Below are positions 1-8,886 of a stretch of 20,000 nt of DNA, piece after piece; positions within the stretch are counted from its first letter, which is position 1; each line of letters starts with the position of its first letter. The stretch lies in IMG/VR virus record IMGVR_UViG_3300015371_000023; one strand, 5' to 3'. The position numbers and the translations under genes were made by a program. A model generated the notes under the pieces. The model saw nothing but the letters and a program-made list of their open reading frames with translations, did no database searches and was not told where the DNA came from. This DNA comes from an uncultured virus (IMG/VR IMGVR_UViG_3300015371_000023) (taxonomy: Duplodnaviria; Heunggongvirae; Uroviricota; Caudoviricetes).

Positions 1-387
1 GCCGAGAACGCCGACAAGTTCGACGACGAGGACGAACCGATCTTCACGGCGCATACTCGCGCCATCGCAGAGCAGATCGTCTTCGATCACAACGCGCTGC
101 ACCTGCACCTCGCCAACGACGGCCGACCGGCGGACATCGAGGTTGGCGGCTTGCTGCATGAGATCGCCAAACTCAAGCGGAAAGCCGAACGCCTGGAGCG
201 CCGCAACGAGGACTTGCAGGAGCGCGGGCTGCGCCTGGCCGGTCAGCTGCTGCGGGCCAACGGCGAACTACACGAATTCCGTGTTCGGCTGGTGCAACTG
301 GCCGGTGGGGATGCCTCCCAGATGCCCCGAATGCTGGAGGCCACGACCGCGGAGGACTACGGGGTCGACGGGGCGGACTGCGCATGA
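1..387 (+). CDS. Hypothetical phage protein, 5'-truncated, coiled-coil C-terminus
   Basis: Frame 1 is open from base 1 (AENADKFDDED...) to the TGA at 387, which overlaps the next ATG (ATGA). Confidence 0.75.
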   Translation, partial: AENADKFDDEDEPIFTAHTRAIAEQIVFDHNALHLHLANDGRPADIEVGGLLHEIAKLKRKAERLERRNEDLQERGLRLAGQLLRANGELHEFRVRLVQLAGGDASQMPRMLEATTAEDYGVDGADCA

Positions 388-752
388 ACAGCACGCAGGC
401 CCGCCGCGTGGTTGCCGCGCGTAGCGACGGACTCTGCGAGGTGTGCGGTAGAGCCAAGGCGACGAACATCCAGCACCGGAAGAACCGTTCGCAGGGTGGC
501 ACGTGGGACATCTCGAACCTGTTGCACGTCTGCGGGTCGGGTACCACCGGATGCCACGGCTACATCCATGCGAACCCGCTCAAGGCCTACGCCAACGGGT
601 GGAGCGTGCGCGGAGCACTCACGCCCGCCGACATGCCCGCGTTGCTGTGGAAGCACTTCGGCCGGATCTACGTCTGGTTGAGCGACGACGGCAGCTGGAA
701 CCCCGTCGACTTCACCGAAACCGCCTGTAGGCAGGGAAAGGACATCGCGTGA
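384..752 (+). CDS. HNH endonuclease family protein
   Basis: CEVC...HRKNRSQGG...SNLLHVCGSGTTGCHGYIH, a Zn-binding HNH pattern typical of actinophages. Confidence 0.85.
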   Translation: MNSTQARRVVAARSDGLCEVCGRAKATNIQHRKNRSQGGTWDISNLLHVCGSGTTGCHGYIHANPLKAYANGWSVRGALTPADMPALLWKHFGRIYVWLSDDGSWNPVDFTETACRQGKDIA

Positions 753-1615
753 CGGCCCTGGTGTGGCGCCCCGAAGACGCAATCGCGCATCCCGCGGCGG
801 AGCTGTTTCCCCTGATGTCCGAGGACGAGTTTCACGAGCTGACCGAAGACATCCGTACGAACGGGCTGCTGGAAGCAATCGTCCTGACCCCGTCCGGGCA
901 GGTCCTCGACGGCCGACACCGGTTGATGGCGTGCCGTGAGGCGGGCATTGAACCGACCTTCTCAACGCACGCCGGCGACCCCTGGATTTTCGTCATCAGC
1001 GCCAACCTGCACCGCCGCCACCTCACCGACACTCAGCGGGCCGTCGTCGCGGGAAAGATCGCGAGCCGCGGCCCCGGGGAACGTGAACGGGATTCAAATG
1101 CCTCACCTGAGGCATTTGAACACCCCGCCCCGGCACAGAAGGAGGCGGCAGACCTGCTCAAGGTCTCGCGCTCAGCCGTCCAGCGTGCCCGCAGCGTGCT
1201 CCAGCGGGGCACACCCGCGATGGCGGCGCTCGTCGAGGAAGGGAAGGTCCCGCTCGCCACCGCGGACCGCGTTGTCCGGCTGCCGGCTGCCGAGCAGGAC
1301 GAGTTCGTCAAGAAGGTCAGCGGCGGAATGCGCCCCCGCGGCGCTGCGCCACCGGAGAAGGAGGGCCTCGAAGGGACCCGACGCCTCCGCACACCGGCCA
1401 AGAAGGACACAGGCGTCATTGCGCGAGACGCGCTCCAGGCCATCGCCAGCGACATGAACGGCCTGGAGCTGGCGGTCAAGGGCATCACCACCGCCGACCC
1501 CGGTCTGTCCGATGAGGACAGGAAGGCGTTCGACCGCGCGTTGACGAAGGGGATTCGCGCACTGTCAAAGATCCGCAGGTGCCTGCGGGTTGTCAACGAA
1601 GAAGGGCAGCCATGA
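749..1615 (+). CDS. ParB/Srx N-terminal domain protein with HTH
   Basis: HPAAELFPLM...EDIRTNGLLEAI...VLDGRHRLMAC...SANLHRRHLT; HTH QKEAADLLKVSRSAVQRA. Confidence 0.85.
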   Translation: MTALVWRPEDAIAHPAAELFPLMSEDEFHELTEDIRTNGLLEAIVLTPSGQVLDGRHRLMACREAGIEPTFSTHAGDPWIFVISANLHRRHLTDTQRAVVAGKIASRGPGERERDSNASPEAFEHPAPAQKEAADLLKVSRSAVQRARSVLQRGTPAMAALVEEGKVPLATADRVVRLPAAEQDEFVKKVSGGMRPRGAAPPEKEGLEGTRRLRTPAKKDTGVIARDALQAIASDMNGLELAVKGITTADPGLSDEDRKAFDRALTKGIRALSKIRRCLRVVNEEGQP

Positions 1616-2409
1616 AAGAACCCAAGATCGAGGCCATTCGGGTGGACCACCTCACGGTGGACCGCCGCGTGCAGCGCACCATCGACACCGGCCGAGCGCG
1701 CAGCATCGCCGCGGAGCTCGACTTTGCGGCACTCGGAACCCTCATCGTCAGCCACCGCGAGGACGGCACCTACCACGTGGTGGATGGCCAGACCCGGGTG
1801 GCAGCGCTGAAGGAGGCCGGCCACGGCGAGTACGAGGCGGACTGCAAAGTTTTCACCGGCCTCACGCTCGCCGAAGAGGCCCGGTTGTTCCGCCTGTACA
1901 ACAACACCAAGACCGTCAAGCCCACCACCAAGTTCATCATCCGGGTGGTCGAAGGCGAGGCGAAGGCCGTCGCCATGAACCAGGTACTGGAGCGCAACGG
2001 CTGGAAGGTCACCGGCGCCGTCAGCCGGGGGCATTTCAGCGCCGTGAGCGCCTTGGAGTGGGTCTACGAGGGTGCCAAGATCTACGAGAGCGGCAACCTC
2101 GATGCCTGCGAGACCGTGGTCAACGTGCTCACCGTGGCGTTCGGTATGAACGAGAACGGCGTCCGGGCCGAACTGATCAAGGGCTTGGGTCTGGTGGTTC
2201 TCCGGTACGGGGACGAGCTCGACTTGCGCAAGTTGGCCACGGACCTGTCCACCCACGACGGCGGACCGCTCGGCGTCATCGGCGACGCCCGTCAGATGCG
2301 CCGGTTGCGCAGCGCCAACATCGCCGACGCCATGGCCGAGGTTCTCGTGGGCATGGTGAACAAGGGGCGGCGAACCAAGCGCATCCCCGAGTGGCGCGAG
2401 GCCGCCTGA
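1612..2409 (+). CDS. ParB-like (DUF6551-type) protein
   Basis: LTVDRRVQR...YHVVDGQTRVAA...EEARLFRLYN; ATG 1612 overlaps the previous stop, RBS GAAGGG. Confidence 0.75.
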   Translation: MKEPKIEAIRVDHLTVDRRVQRTIDTGRARSIAAELDFAALGTLIVSHREDGTYHVVDGQTRVAALKEAGHGEYEADCKVFTGLTLAEEARLFRLYNNTKTVKPTTKFIIRVVEGEAKAVAMNQVLERNGWKVTGAVSRGHFSAVSALEWVYEGAKIYESGNLDACETVVNVLTVAFGMNENGVRAELIKGLGLVVLRYGDELDLRKLATDLSTHDGGPLGVIGDARQMRRLRSANIADAMAEVLVGMVNKGRRTKRIPEWREAA

Positions 2410-2467
2410 ACGGGCGCACAGATGTTCACACAGCCGCCTTAGAGGCATCGAGGATGAGGTACGTCGG

Positions 2468-3262
2468 GTGGTGTGGTTCAAGGTTGACGACGGGTTTTAC
2501 GACCACCCCAAGGTCTTCGATCTATCGGACAGCGCTGTGGCGCTCTGGACTCGGGCCGGCAGTTGGGCTTCGCGAAACACCACTGACGGTTTCGTCCCGT
2601 CCAACCTGCCCGCCCGTTTCTGCGGCGACCCCGAGACAGCTGTTCGAGAACTCGTAGATCGCAGGTTGTGGCGACGAACCCGCGGAGGCTTTCAGTTCCA
2701 CGATTGGCAGGATTACAACCCGCTCGCGGAGACCGTGACCGACAAGCGCGAGAAGGCGCGCAAACGGATGCGAAAACTCCGCGAAGCCCGCCGCGAAGAA
2801 ACGATAATTGCTGGTAGTGACGCAGATGGTTCGCGCGAACTTCGCGAGAACTTCGCCGTCACAACCCGCGAACGTTCGCGCGAACTTCGCGACCCCCGAC
2901 CCGTACCCGTACCCAAAGGTTCTTCTGACGAAGAACCTTCACCACCGATCCGGCGGACGACCAAGACCCGAGGAGACCCTGAGTTCGAACTGTTCTACGC
3001 CGCCTACCCGAAGCACGTGGGGCGCAAGGCGGCAGAGACGGCCTGGAAGAAGGCCACCCACTCAGCTGACCCACAGGCCATCATCGCCGGCGCGAAGCGC
3101 TACGCGGACGAACGAGCGGGCCAGAACCCGCAATACACGAAACAGCCCGCGACCTGGCTCAACCAGGGCTGCTGGGAAGACGACCCACAGCCCCGACCAA
3201 CCCAGGGACACCTCGGGTTCCGCAACCCCACCGACCCCAACGACTACTACGGAGAGCTCTAG
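2468..3262 (+). CDS. Phage replication initiator
   Basis: N-terminal WFKVDDGFYDHPK...FHDWQDYNP; C-terminal FELFYAAYPKHVGRKAA...PATWLNQGCWED; followed by a DnaC-like gene. Confidence 0.8.
   Translation: MVWFKVDDGFYDHPKVFDLSDSAVALWTRAGSWASRNTTDGFVPSNLPARFCGDPETAVRELVDRRLWRRTRGGFQFHDWQDYNPLAETVTDKREKARKRMRKLREARREETIIAGSDADGSRELRENFAVTTRERSRELRDPRPVPVPKGSSDEEPSPPIRRTTKTRGDPEFELFYAAYPKHVGRKAAETAWKKATHSADPQAIIAGAKRYADERAGQNPQYTKQPATWLNQGCWEDDPQPRPTQGHLGFRNPTDPNDYYGEL
2829..2892. repeat. Iteron-like repeats, putative replication origin inside the initiator gene
   Basis: 19-nt direct repeat GTTCGCGCGAACTTCGCGA at 2829 and 2874; palindromes GTTCGCGCGAAC and CGCGAACGTTCGCG. Confidence 0.65.
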
Positions 3263-3918
3263 TGATGACGATGCCCGTGCCGAGCTTGCCGGCCGCGCTG
3301 GGCGCCGACCCCGCGATCGTGGCCGACAACATCAGCGAGGCCGAGGCGCGACTGGCGAAGACCATCCCGAGCCGCTACCAGACCGCCGAGCCCACCGACC
3401 CCGCGGTTCACCGGTGGGTGACGGACGTCGTGGCCGGCGCGAAGCAGCATCACTACCCGGTGCTTCGCGAAGGCCCGTCGCTGCTGCTCCTCGGGCCGAC
3501 CGGAACCGGCAAGACATTCCAGGCCTACGGCGCGATCCGATACCTGGCGCTGGCCGGCGCGCGGTTCTCCTGGGCGTTCACCACCGCCGCCGACGCCTAC
3601 GCCCGACTCCGGCCCCGCCCGACCGTCGACCAGGAGGAGACGTTCCTCCGCCTGGCCAACGTCGCTGTCCTCGTCCTCGACGACCTGGGCGCCGCGAAGG
3701 CGAGCGAGTGGACCGAGGAAGTCAACTACCGCCTGATCAACCACCGCTACGAACGTCAGCTGGCGACCCTCATCACCAGCAACGTCCCTGCGGGACAGCT
3801 CAGAGCCGACCTCGGCGACCGGGTCGCGTCCCGGCTCGTCGAAATGGCTGCACGTGCTGTCCTCGCCGGCCCCGACCGGCGCCGCAACATCCACCGAGCA
3901 GAACAGGAATCAGCATGA
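3262..3918 (+). CDS. DnaC/IstB-like AAA+ ATPase (helicase loader); start 3262 or 3265
   Basis: Walker A GPTGTGKT, Walker B VLVLDDLG, LINHRY, TLITSN, LGDRVASRL. Confidence 0.9.
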   Translation: MMTMPVPSLPAALGADPAIVADNISEAEARLAKTIPSRYQTAEPTDPAVHRWVTDVVAGAKQHHYPVLREGPSLLLLGPTGTGKTFQAYGAIRYLALAGARFSWAFTTAADAYARLRPRPTVDQEETFLRLANVAVLVLDDLGAAKASEWTEEVNYRLINHRYERQLATLITSNVPAGQLRADLGDRVASRLVEMAARAVLAGPDRRRNIHRAEQESA

Positions 3919-4106
3919 AGTTCATCAAGAACGCCACCGACGTCGTTCGCCTGGCCACGGCCGTCCTCATGGGCATCAGCGCCGGCCTGGCCCTGGCGCG
4001 CAATACCCGCGAACTCGTCCGCGACGTCGCGGAGGACGACGGCCTCATGGAGAAGCTCGTCCACGCCCAGCGTGCGCGCCGCAAGGCCGGGGAGGAAGCC
4101 AAGTGA
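3915..4106 (+). CDS. Small hypothetical protein (MKFIKNATDVV...)
   Basis: ATGA/GTGA coupling at both ends, RBS AGGA. Confidence 0.7.
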   Translation: MKFIKNATDVVRLATAVLMGISAGLALARNTRELVRDVAEDDGLMEKLVHAQRARRKAGEEAK

Positions 4107-4387
4107 GCACGGTCTACGTCTCCATCGGCAACTCCGATGATCGGCTGCCACAGCTGAAGTGGGCGACCTACGTCCAGGAGCTCCGCCACATCATGCGACT
4201 GCTCGCCACGGAGATTCACGGCGACTGGTACTCCGCACCGGACTCGCCGTACCAGAACGCGTGCATCGCCGTGGCGGTCTCGGACGAGGCCCGCGGCACC
4301 CTCCGCGAGAAGCTGGAAATCCTGCGCGCCCTGTACGACCAGAAGGTGATTGCCTGGGCCGAGTGCCCCGAGACGGAGTTCCTGTAA
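4103..4387 (+). CDS. Hypothetical protein ([15 protein letters not shown]...)
   Basis: GTG start coupled to the previous stop, RBS GGAGG, GC3-rich codons. Confidence 0.75.
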   Translation: MSTVYVSIGNSDDRLPQLKWATYVQELRHIMRLLATEIHGDWYSAPDSPYQNACIAVAVSDEARGTLREKLEILRALYDQKVIAWAECPETEFL

Positions 4388-4806
4388 TGGCCGGAGAAAC
4401 CAAGATCACCATCGTTGGAAACCTGACCGCCGACCCGGAAATCCGCTTCACCGCAGGGGGTTCGGCGGTGGCGAACTTCACCGTCGCGTCGACGCCGCGC
4501 ACCTTCGACAGCCAGGCCGGCAAGTGGAAGGACGGCGAACCGCTGTTCCTCCGATGCAGCATCTGGAACACGGCCGCTGAGAACGTCGCTGAGTGCCTCG
4601 CCAAGGGCGCCCGCGTCGTTGTCCTCGGCAGCATCGTCCAGCGCTCCTACACCCCCTCTGAGGGCGAGAAGCGGACCGTGGTGGAGCTGCGCGCTGACGA
4701 AGTCGGCCCGTCGCTGCGTTACGCCACCTGCAAGATCCAGAAGGCAACGCGCTCCGCGGGCGCAGCCGGATCGGATCAGTGGGCGAGCGACGACCCCCCG
4801 TTCTGA
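4387..4806 (+). CDS. ssb: Single-stranded DNA-binding protein
   Basis: [22 protein letters not shown]...[11 protein letters not shown]; acidic DDPPF tail of actinobacterial SSB. Confidence 0.95.
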   Translation: MAGETKITIVGNLTADPEIRFTAGGSAVANFTVASTPRTFDSQAGKWKDGEPLFLRCSIWNTAAENVAECLAKGARVVVLGSIVQRSYTPSEGEKRTVVELRADEVGPSLRYATCKIQKATRSAGAAGSDQWASDDPPF

Positions 4807-5057
4807 TGGCCTTCATCCGGATCTGGTTCGTGCCTCGGTCCCACACGTGGGGCAACCGGGGGGCGGCCTACCGCTGGCGCTGCGACATTTGTCCGCACAG
4901 CACGGGGACGCACCACTTCGACCGCTTCACCGACCGCATCCGGTACCGGCCCGACACCCACCCGTGGCGACGGTGCATCGACGCCGTGGATCGCCACATC
5001 TGCAACTACCACCGCGGCCTGATAGGGCCGCTGACGAAACGAAAGGAGCCGACGTGA
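4806..5057 (+). CDS. Small Cys/His-rich hypothetical protein
   Basis: TGATG coupling; WRCDIC...HICNYH. Confidence 0.65.
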   Translation: MAFIRIWFVPRSHTWGNRGAAYRWRCDICPHSTGTHHFDRFTDRIRYRPDTHPWRRCIDAVDRHICNYHRGLIGPLTKRKEPT

Positions 5058-5245
5058 GCTCCGCAGGCTCCACCCCGGAGTCTCCAACCGCGATCCTCCG
5101 CCAGATCCAGGTGGATACCCGCATGACCGTGACGATTCTTCAGCAGATCTACAGTGCGCTGCTGTACATGAACAAACGCGGCGACCGCGTGGCCGGCGAG
5201 ATCCTGAACGTGCTCGCCGAAGCACAGGAAGAGCCCGAGCCGTGA
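5054..5245 (+). CDS. Small hypothetical protein
   Basis: RBS AAAGGAG, GTG start, coupled to both neighbours. Confidence 0.65.
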   Translation: MSSAGSTPESPTAILRQIQVDTRMTVTILQQIYSALLYMNKRGDRVAGEILNVLAEAQEEPEP

Positions 5246-5784
5246 CCCCCGAGGCGATCGGCCGGGCAGCTCGGATCAAGGGCATCAAGGCCGAGCGGGA
5301 CCTGGCGGCATACCTGCGGACCTGGTGGCCCGACGCCGAGCGCGCCGTGGTCACCGGCTTCCGCTCCGGCGAGCACGTTAGCGCCGACCAGGGCGATATC
5401 CGCGGGGCCGGGAACGTGGTCTGGCAGTGCAAGCACGTCGCCACCCTGTCGGACACCCAGGTGATCGAGATCCTGGAGCAGACCCGCAACCAGACCTACG
5501 CGGCGGGCGCGGCCTACGGGATCTTCGTCCAGCGCCGCCAGGGCAAGACACACCCCGGCCACTGGTGGGCCTGGCTCAACCTCGACGAACTCAGCCAGTT
5601 GGCCAGCTCCGGCCGCTACAACCTCGGGCCGGGCCGGCACCCATACCGCTACCCGTTCACCGGTCGGCGGATGCCGCCCGTGCGGATGCTGCTCGCCGAC
5701 GTGGTCGAGCTGCTGATCGACGCAGGATACGGAGAGGAGGACACGTGGACCCGCATTGCCCGGGATGTGAATCAGGCGACGTGA
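5242..5784 (+). CDS. PD-(D/E)XK Holliday junction resolvase-like protein
   Basis: KGIKAERDLAAYL...AER...DQGDI...VWQCK, an Hjc-like motif order. Confidence 0.75.
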   Translation: MTPEAIGRAARIKGIKAERDLAAYLRTWWPDAERAVVTGFRSGEHVSADQGDIRGAGNVVWQCKHVATLSDTQVIEILEQTRNQTYAAGAAYGIFVQRRQGKTHPGHWWAWLNLDELSQLASSGRYNLGPGRHPYRYPFTGRRMPPVRMLLADVVELLIDAGYGEEDTWTRIARDVNQAT

Positions 5785-5915
5785 TCGGCGTGGAGGTTCG
5801 AGGCGTCTACGACGGCGTCCTCTACTGGATGTGCGAAGCGTGCGGCCTGAGGTACCACCGATTCCCCGAGGGGCACTGGCTCCGCCCGCGAGCTGAAAGG
5901 CACATCGACGAATGA
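5745..5915 (+). CDS. Small zinc-ribbon protein
   Basis: RBS GAGGAGG then GTG; CPGC...GVYDGVLYWMCEACG. Confidence 0.7.
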   Translation: MDPHCPGCESGDVIGVEVRGVYDGVLYWMCEACGLRYHRFPEGHWLRPRAERHIDE

Positions 5916-6058
5916 CGCGAACTGGCTTCTACGCCAGCCTCGGCTTTGTCCTATGGGTGTTGTGCCTGTTCCTCTGGACGGTATTCGGTGGCGTGTGGTG
6001 GCTCATCTTGGGAGGAATTGCGTTGATGCTGTGCTTTCTGCGATGCGAGAGGTACTGA
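5912..6058 (+). CDS. 48-aa two-TM membrane protein (not in the ORF track)
   Basis: MTRTGFYASLGFVLWVLCLFLWTVFGGVWWLILGGIALMLCFLRCERY; ATGA overlap with the previous gene. Confidence 0.65.
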   Translation: MTRTGFYASLGFVLWVLCLFLWTVFGGVWWLILGGIALMLCFLRCERY

Positions 6059-6072
6059 GAGGACGACCTGCG

Positions 6073-6216
6073 ATGAACAATGTTGAGCCGCGAGCGGAGA
6101 TCCGCATGGCTGCGCACGAGCTTCGAGAGCTGTACGTTGCACTCCTGGCCGCAGGGTTCGACCAGGCCCAAGCGTTGACGATTCTCGGACACCTCGTCGC
6201 CACAAAGAAGGCGTGA
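6073..6216 (+). CDS. Small hypothetical phage protein
   Basis: RBS GAGGA; MNNVEPRAE...LYVALLAAGFDQAQAL. Confidence 0.7.
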   Translation: MNNVEPRAEIRMAAHELRELYVALLAAGFDQAQALTILGHLVATKKA

Positions 6217-6220
6217 CACA

Positions 6221-6256
6221 GCGAACCCCCCGGGGAAGGGGGGCCGGGGGGTTCGC
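6221..6256. promoter_or_regulatory. Perfect 13-bp inverted repeat (terminator/attenuator or translational hairpin)
   Basis: GCGAACCCCCCGG-10nt-CCGGGGGGTTCGC abutting ATG 6257. Confidence 0.5.
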
Positions 6257-7033
6257 ATGAAGGGGATTATCGGCAGCCAGCCAATGAACCATTTCGGAGC
6301 CTACCCTACGGAGGACGAAATGGACCACCGGTGCCGCCGAGGACAGTACTGTGACAACCGCGAAACAGTCGACGGCGCGGTGGTGGGCCGCGCCATCCAC
6401 GCCGAACACGGCTTCTGCGACGCCTGCACCCGGCAGGGGGAGCGCGCCGTCCACGACCTACCCCAGGACTACGTCCGGCTCAACCTCATCCTCGGGAAGG
6501 GCCGCACCGTCGGCGGCGAACCGGTCCGAATGACCAAAGAACTCCCGGTACCCATCCGGCTCCACATCGAAGCCCTGCAACGGAACATGGTCGACGAGAC
6601 CGACGCGTGGGCGCACAGCTTGTCCCGCGTCCTCAACGTCGACTGGCAGGCTGGCGGCACCCGGCCGAGCTGGCGCCTCGATCGGGGATGCCGGCTCATC
6701 TGCGGTGCACTGACCGCGTTCCTTTCCCTCCGCGACGAGAAGCACATCATCTGGGAATACGGCCACCGCTACGTTGCCGCGCGCGACGGCCTCGACGGCG
6801 GCCTGAAGTTCATGTCGCTCAGCCACAAAGCCCAGCTCTTCCTCGGGCAAACGAAGCTCATCCACCGACTCCCGGTGCCGTGCCCCCGCTGCGACGCGAT
6901 GGACCTCGTGCGCGAAGACGGCAGCGACATCATCGAGTGCCGTGACTGCACCAAGAAGTACACATGGGACGAGTACCAGCACCTCTGCCTGATCCTCGTC
7001 GACCGCGAAGAGAAGGGCCTGAACGTCGCATGA
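6257..7033 (+). CDS. Zn-finger phage protein, possible late-transcription regulator (start uncertain)
   Basis: CRRGQYC...FCDAC and C-terminal PCPRC...IECRDC; near the end of the replication operon. Confidence 0.65.
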   Translation: MKGIIGSQPMNHFGAYPTEDEMDHRCRRGQYCDNRETVDGAVVGRAIHAEHGFCDACTRQGERAVHDLPQDYVRLNLILGKGRTVGGEPVRMTKELPVPIRLHIEALQRNMVDETDAWAHSLSRVLNVDWQAGGTRPSWRLDRGCRLICGALTAFLSLRDEKHIIWEYGHRYVAARDGLDGGLKFMSLSHKAQLFLGQTKLIHRLPVPCPRCDAMDLVREDGSDIIECRDCTKKYTWDEYQHLCLILVDREEKGLNVA

Positions 7034-7224
7034 ACCGACCACGGGAGATCATTCCAGGCTGGGAGGGAGCGGTTGGCCCGTTCCCCAGCGAATACGGCAA
7101 GCCCCACGTATATGCCCGCGATGTCCACTCGGGGGCGGGAAACTGCGTGTGCGGCTGGGACCTCGGCTACCGCCTGCACATCCAGGCGGCTCCGGGCATT
7201 CCCGTGCCAGAGGACATGCGGTGA
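7030..7224 (+). CDS. Small hypothetical protein
   Basis: ATGA coupling; HVYARDVHSGAGNCVCG. Confidence 0.65.
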   Translation: MNRPREIIPGWEGAVGPFPSEYGKPHVYARDVHSGAGNCVCGWDLGYRLHIQAAPGIPVPEDMR

Positions 7225-7388
7225 AGCGGCGCACCGTCTACGCCGCGGAGCGGGATGTCCACGGTCGTTGGCGCCGGCTCTACTGCTGGACACAGAAGGC
7301 CGGCGCCGTCCGGAAGATCAAGCGCATCGGCAACCGACGCGAACGTCGTGAAGGCCGCGCGCAAGCCCGCAGCGGAGGTGACGAATGA
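7221..7388 (+). CDS. Small basic hypothetical protein
   Basis: RBS GAGGA, GTGA coupling, Arg/Lys-rich. Confidence 0.6.
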   Translation: MKRRTVYAAERDVHGRWRRLYCWTQKAGAVRKIKRIGNRRERREGRAQARSGGDE

Positions 7389-7582
7389 AGATCCACGCCG
7401 ACTCGACGAACGACTACTACCTAATCAAGTACTTGTCGACCAGCCGAGGGCAAACCCCCCGGTACTTCGGGTTGCACGCCGCAGACCCGCGGGAGGCCGT
7501 AGCCGCGTTCCGGAGACTGTTCCCTCGCGGCATCGTCGTCGACGTGTTCCCCCCGCCGGTTCCCCCGCAGGCCTGGGCATGA
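7385..7582 (+). CDS. Small hypothetical protein
   Basis: RBS GGAGG, ATGA coupling at both ends. Confidence 0.65.
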   Translation: MKIHADSTNDYYLIKYLSTSRGQTPRYFGLHAADPREAVAAFRRLFPRGIVVDVFPPPVPPQAWA

Positions 7583-7947
7583 CCCAACGAGCATGGCCGT
7601 GGCCGGCCGACACGACCCTTGACCAATCTCGTCGGGTAGCACAGATGTACCGCCACCACCTGCACCGCGCCGACCCCGCCACCTGCGCATCCCTCGATGC
7701 GCAGTTGATCGCGATGGGGCAGCCCTGGGTTGTTCCCGGCGCGAGCGTGCACGCGGACGACGACCTACTGACCGCCGACCTCGCGGCCGACGAGATGCGC
7801 GTCGCCCGGCGCACCATCTACGCCTGGCGGGAGCGGGGCCTCCCCGTCGTCGCCACGCCGGATGGCCCGCGGTACCGGGTCGGCGACCTCCACCGGTTCG
7901 TCGCCGACCAGCGCCGGCAGCGGGCGCAGCGCCGCAAGCGGCAGTGA
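7579..7947 (+). CDS. MerR/excisionase-like HTH DNA-binding protein
   Basis: WPWPAD N-terminus; LLTADLAADEMRVARRTIYAWRERGL...RYRVGDL. Confidence 0.75.
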   Translation: MTQRAWPWPADTTLDQSRRVAQMYRHHLHRADPATCASLDAQLIAMGQPWVVPGASVHADDDLLTADLAADEMRVARRTIYAWRERGLPVVATPDGPRYRVGDLHRFVADQRRQRAQRRKRQ

Positions 7948-7948
7948 A

Positions 7949-8221
7949 TCACGTGCGGATGCCAGCCCACGTCTCCGCGGACAGCAGCAGCTGCACCCAC
8001 ACCTGCGCCTCGTTGATGGCCTCGCGGTGGTAGCCGTGAAACCCCAGTCCCTCCAGCGTCGCCGCCATCCGATCCGCAGACTCCGCCGCGCAGTACACCG
8101 AGACCGACCAATCCGCCGCTGGCGTCCGCTGGTACGCCACCGTGCGCGCCGAGACTTGAGCCACGATCCCCGCAACAGCCAACCTGGCCTTCACGAACTC
8201 CGCCGGGTTTCCGTCTCCCAC
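7949..8221 (-). CDS. Hypothetical protein
   Basis: RBS AAAGGGA before GTG; convergent with the 7579-7947 gene. Confidence 0.65.
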   Translation of the reverse strand: MGDGNPAEFVKARLAVAGIVAQVSARTVAYQRTPAADWSVSVYCAAESADRMAATLEGLGFHGYHREAINEAQVWVQLLLSAETWAGIRT

Positions 8222-8232
8222 GTCCGTCCCTT

Positions 8233-8475
8233 TCAGTTCGCGTCGTCCACTGTCGCTGCCAACATCCGGATCGCCTCGTCCACGCTGCGCGCCCCCACGG
8301 CCTCTGGGAGCGGCTCATAGGGTGGTGTCGTACACGCCGACACCCACCAGTTCGGTCCGGCGCTCGCAATGTTGCGATCTGCGAATCCGAGAAGGCGGGT
8401 TCCGTCCCAGATGTACCAGCGGCCGTTTCGGGGCTTGGCGTGGCCGACGCCGTAGCGGCTCCGATGGAGTCTCAT
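8233..8475 (-). CDS. Hypothetical protein
   Basis: ORF MRLHRSRYG..., RBS GGTGAG; start may be 8484. Confidence 0.6.
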   Translation of the reverse strand: MRLHRSRYGVGHAKPRNGRWYIWDGTRLLGFADRNIASAGPNWWVSACTTPPYEPLPEAVGARSVDEAIRMLAATVDDAN

Positions 8476-8614
8476 GCTGCTCACCTATTCCATGTCGGTT
8501 GGCCGGGACTCGGCGTCCCCCTGGACACCGAGCCCCGGCACCGCTCTACGACGCGCGAGGACAAGACCCACCCAATCCTCGTCGCCGCAGAACCCTTCTA
8601 CCCCCGCCCGGCAA

Positions 8615-8884
8615 TCACCGTTGCCGCAGGAGCACGCCGCTCAGAAAGAAGATCCCGCCGACCACGACCAGAAGCCAGAGCCACCACGTCGCCCCGCGGA
8701 CGGCCCATTCGCACAGCAGAACCCTGCTCTCATGCACCGAGCCGGAGAACAACACGCTGCCGCACGGCGCTCCCGCGTTGTCCTTGTGGGGCACAACTGC
8801 CACGATGGATCCGATGATCAGCAGCGCGACTCCGATCTCCAGCAACGGAGTCGACAGTTTAGACAGCTTCGAGGTTTCCGTCAT
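8615..8884 (-). CDS. Two-TM membrane protein with an extracytoplasmic Cys pair
   Basis: RBS GAAGGGG; hydrophobic LLEIGVALLIIGSIVAVV and WWLWLLVVVGGIFFLSGVLL flank PCGS...LLC. Confidence 0.75.
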   Translation of the reverse strand: MTETSKLSKLSTPLLEIGVALLIIGSIVAVVPHKDNAGAPCGSVLFSGSVHESRVLLCEWAVRGATWWLWLLVVVGGIFFLSGVLLRQR

Positions 8885-8886
8885 CG

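Noticed and set aside
1033..2481. Long antisense or alternative-frame ORFs (e.g. 1033-2481 -, 2808-4106 +, 12127-13113 +, 14014-15084 +, 15072-16055 +)
   Set aside because: These are shadow ORFs of high-GC genes; they overlap better-supported CDSs and have low-complexity R/G/A/P composition
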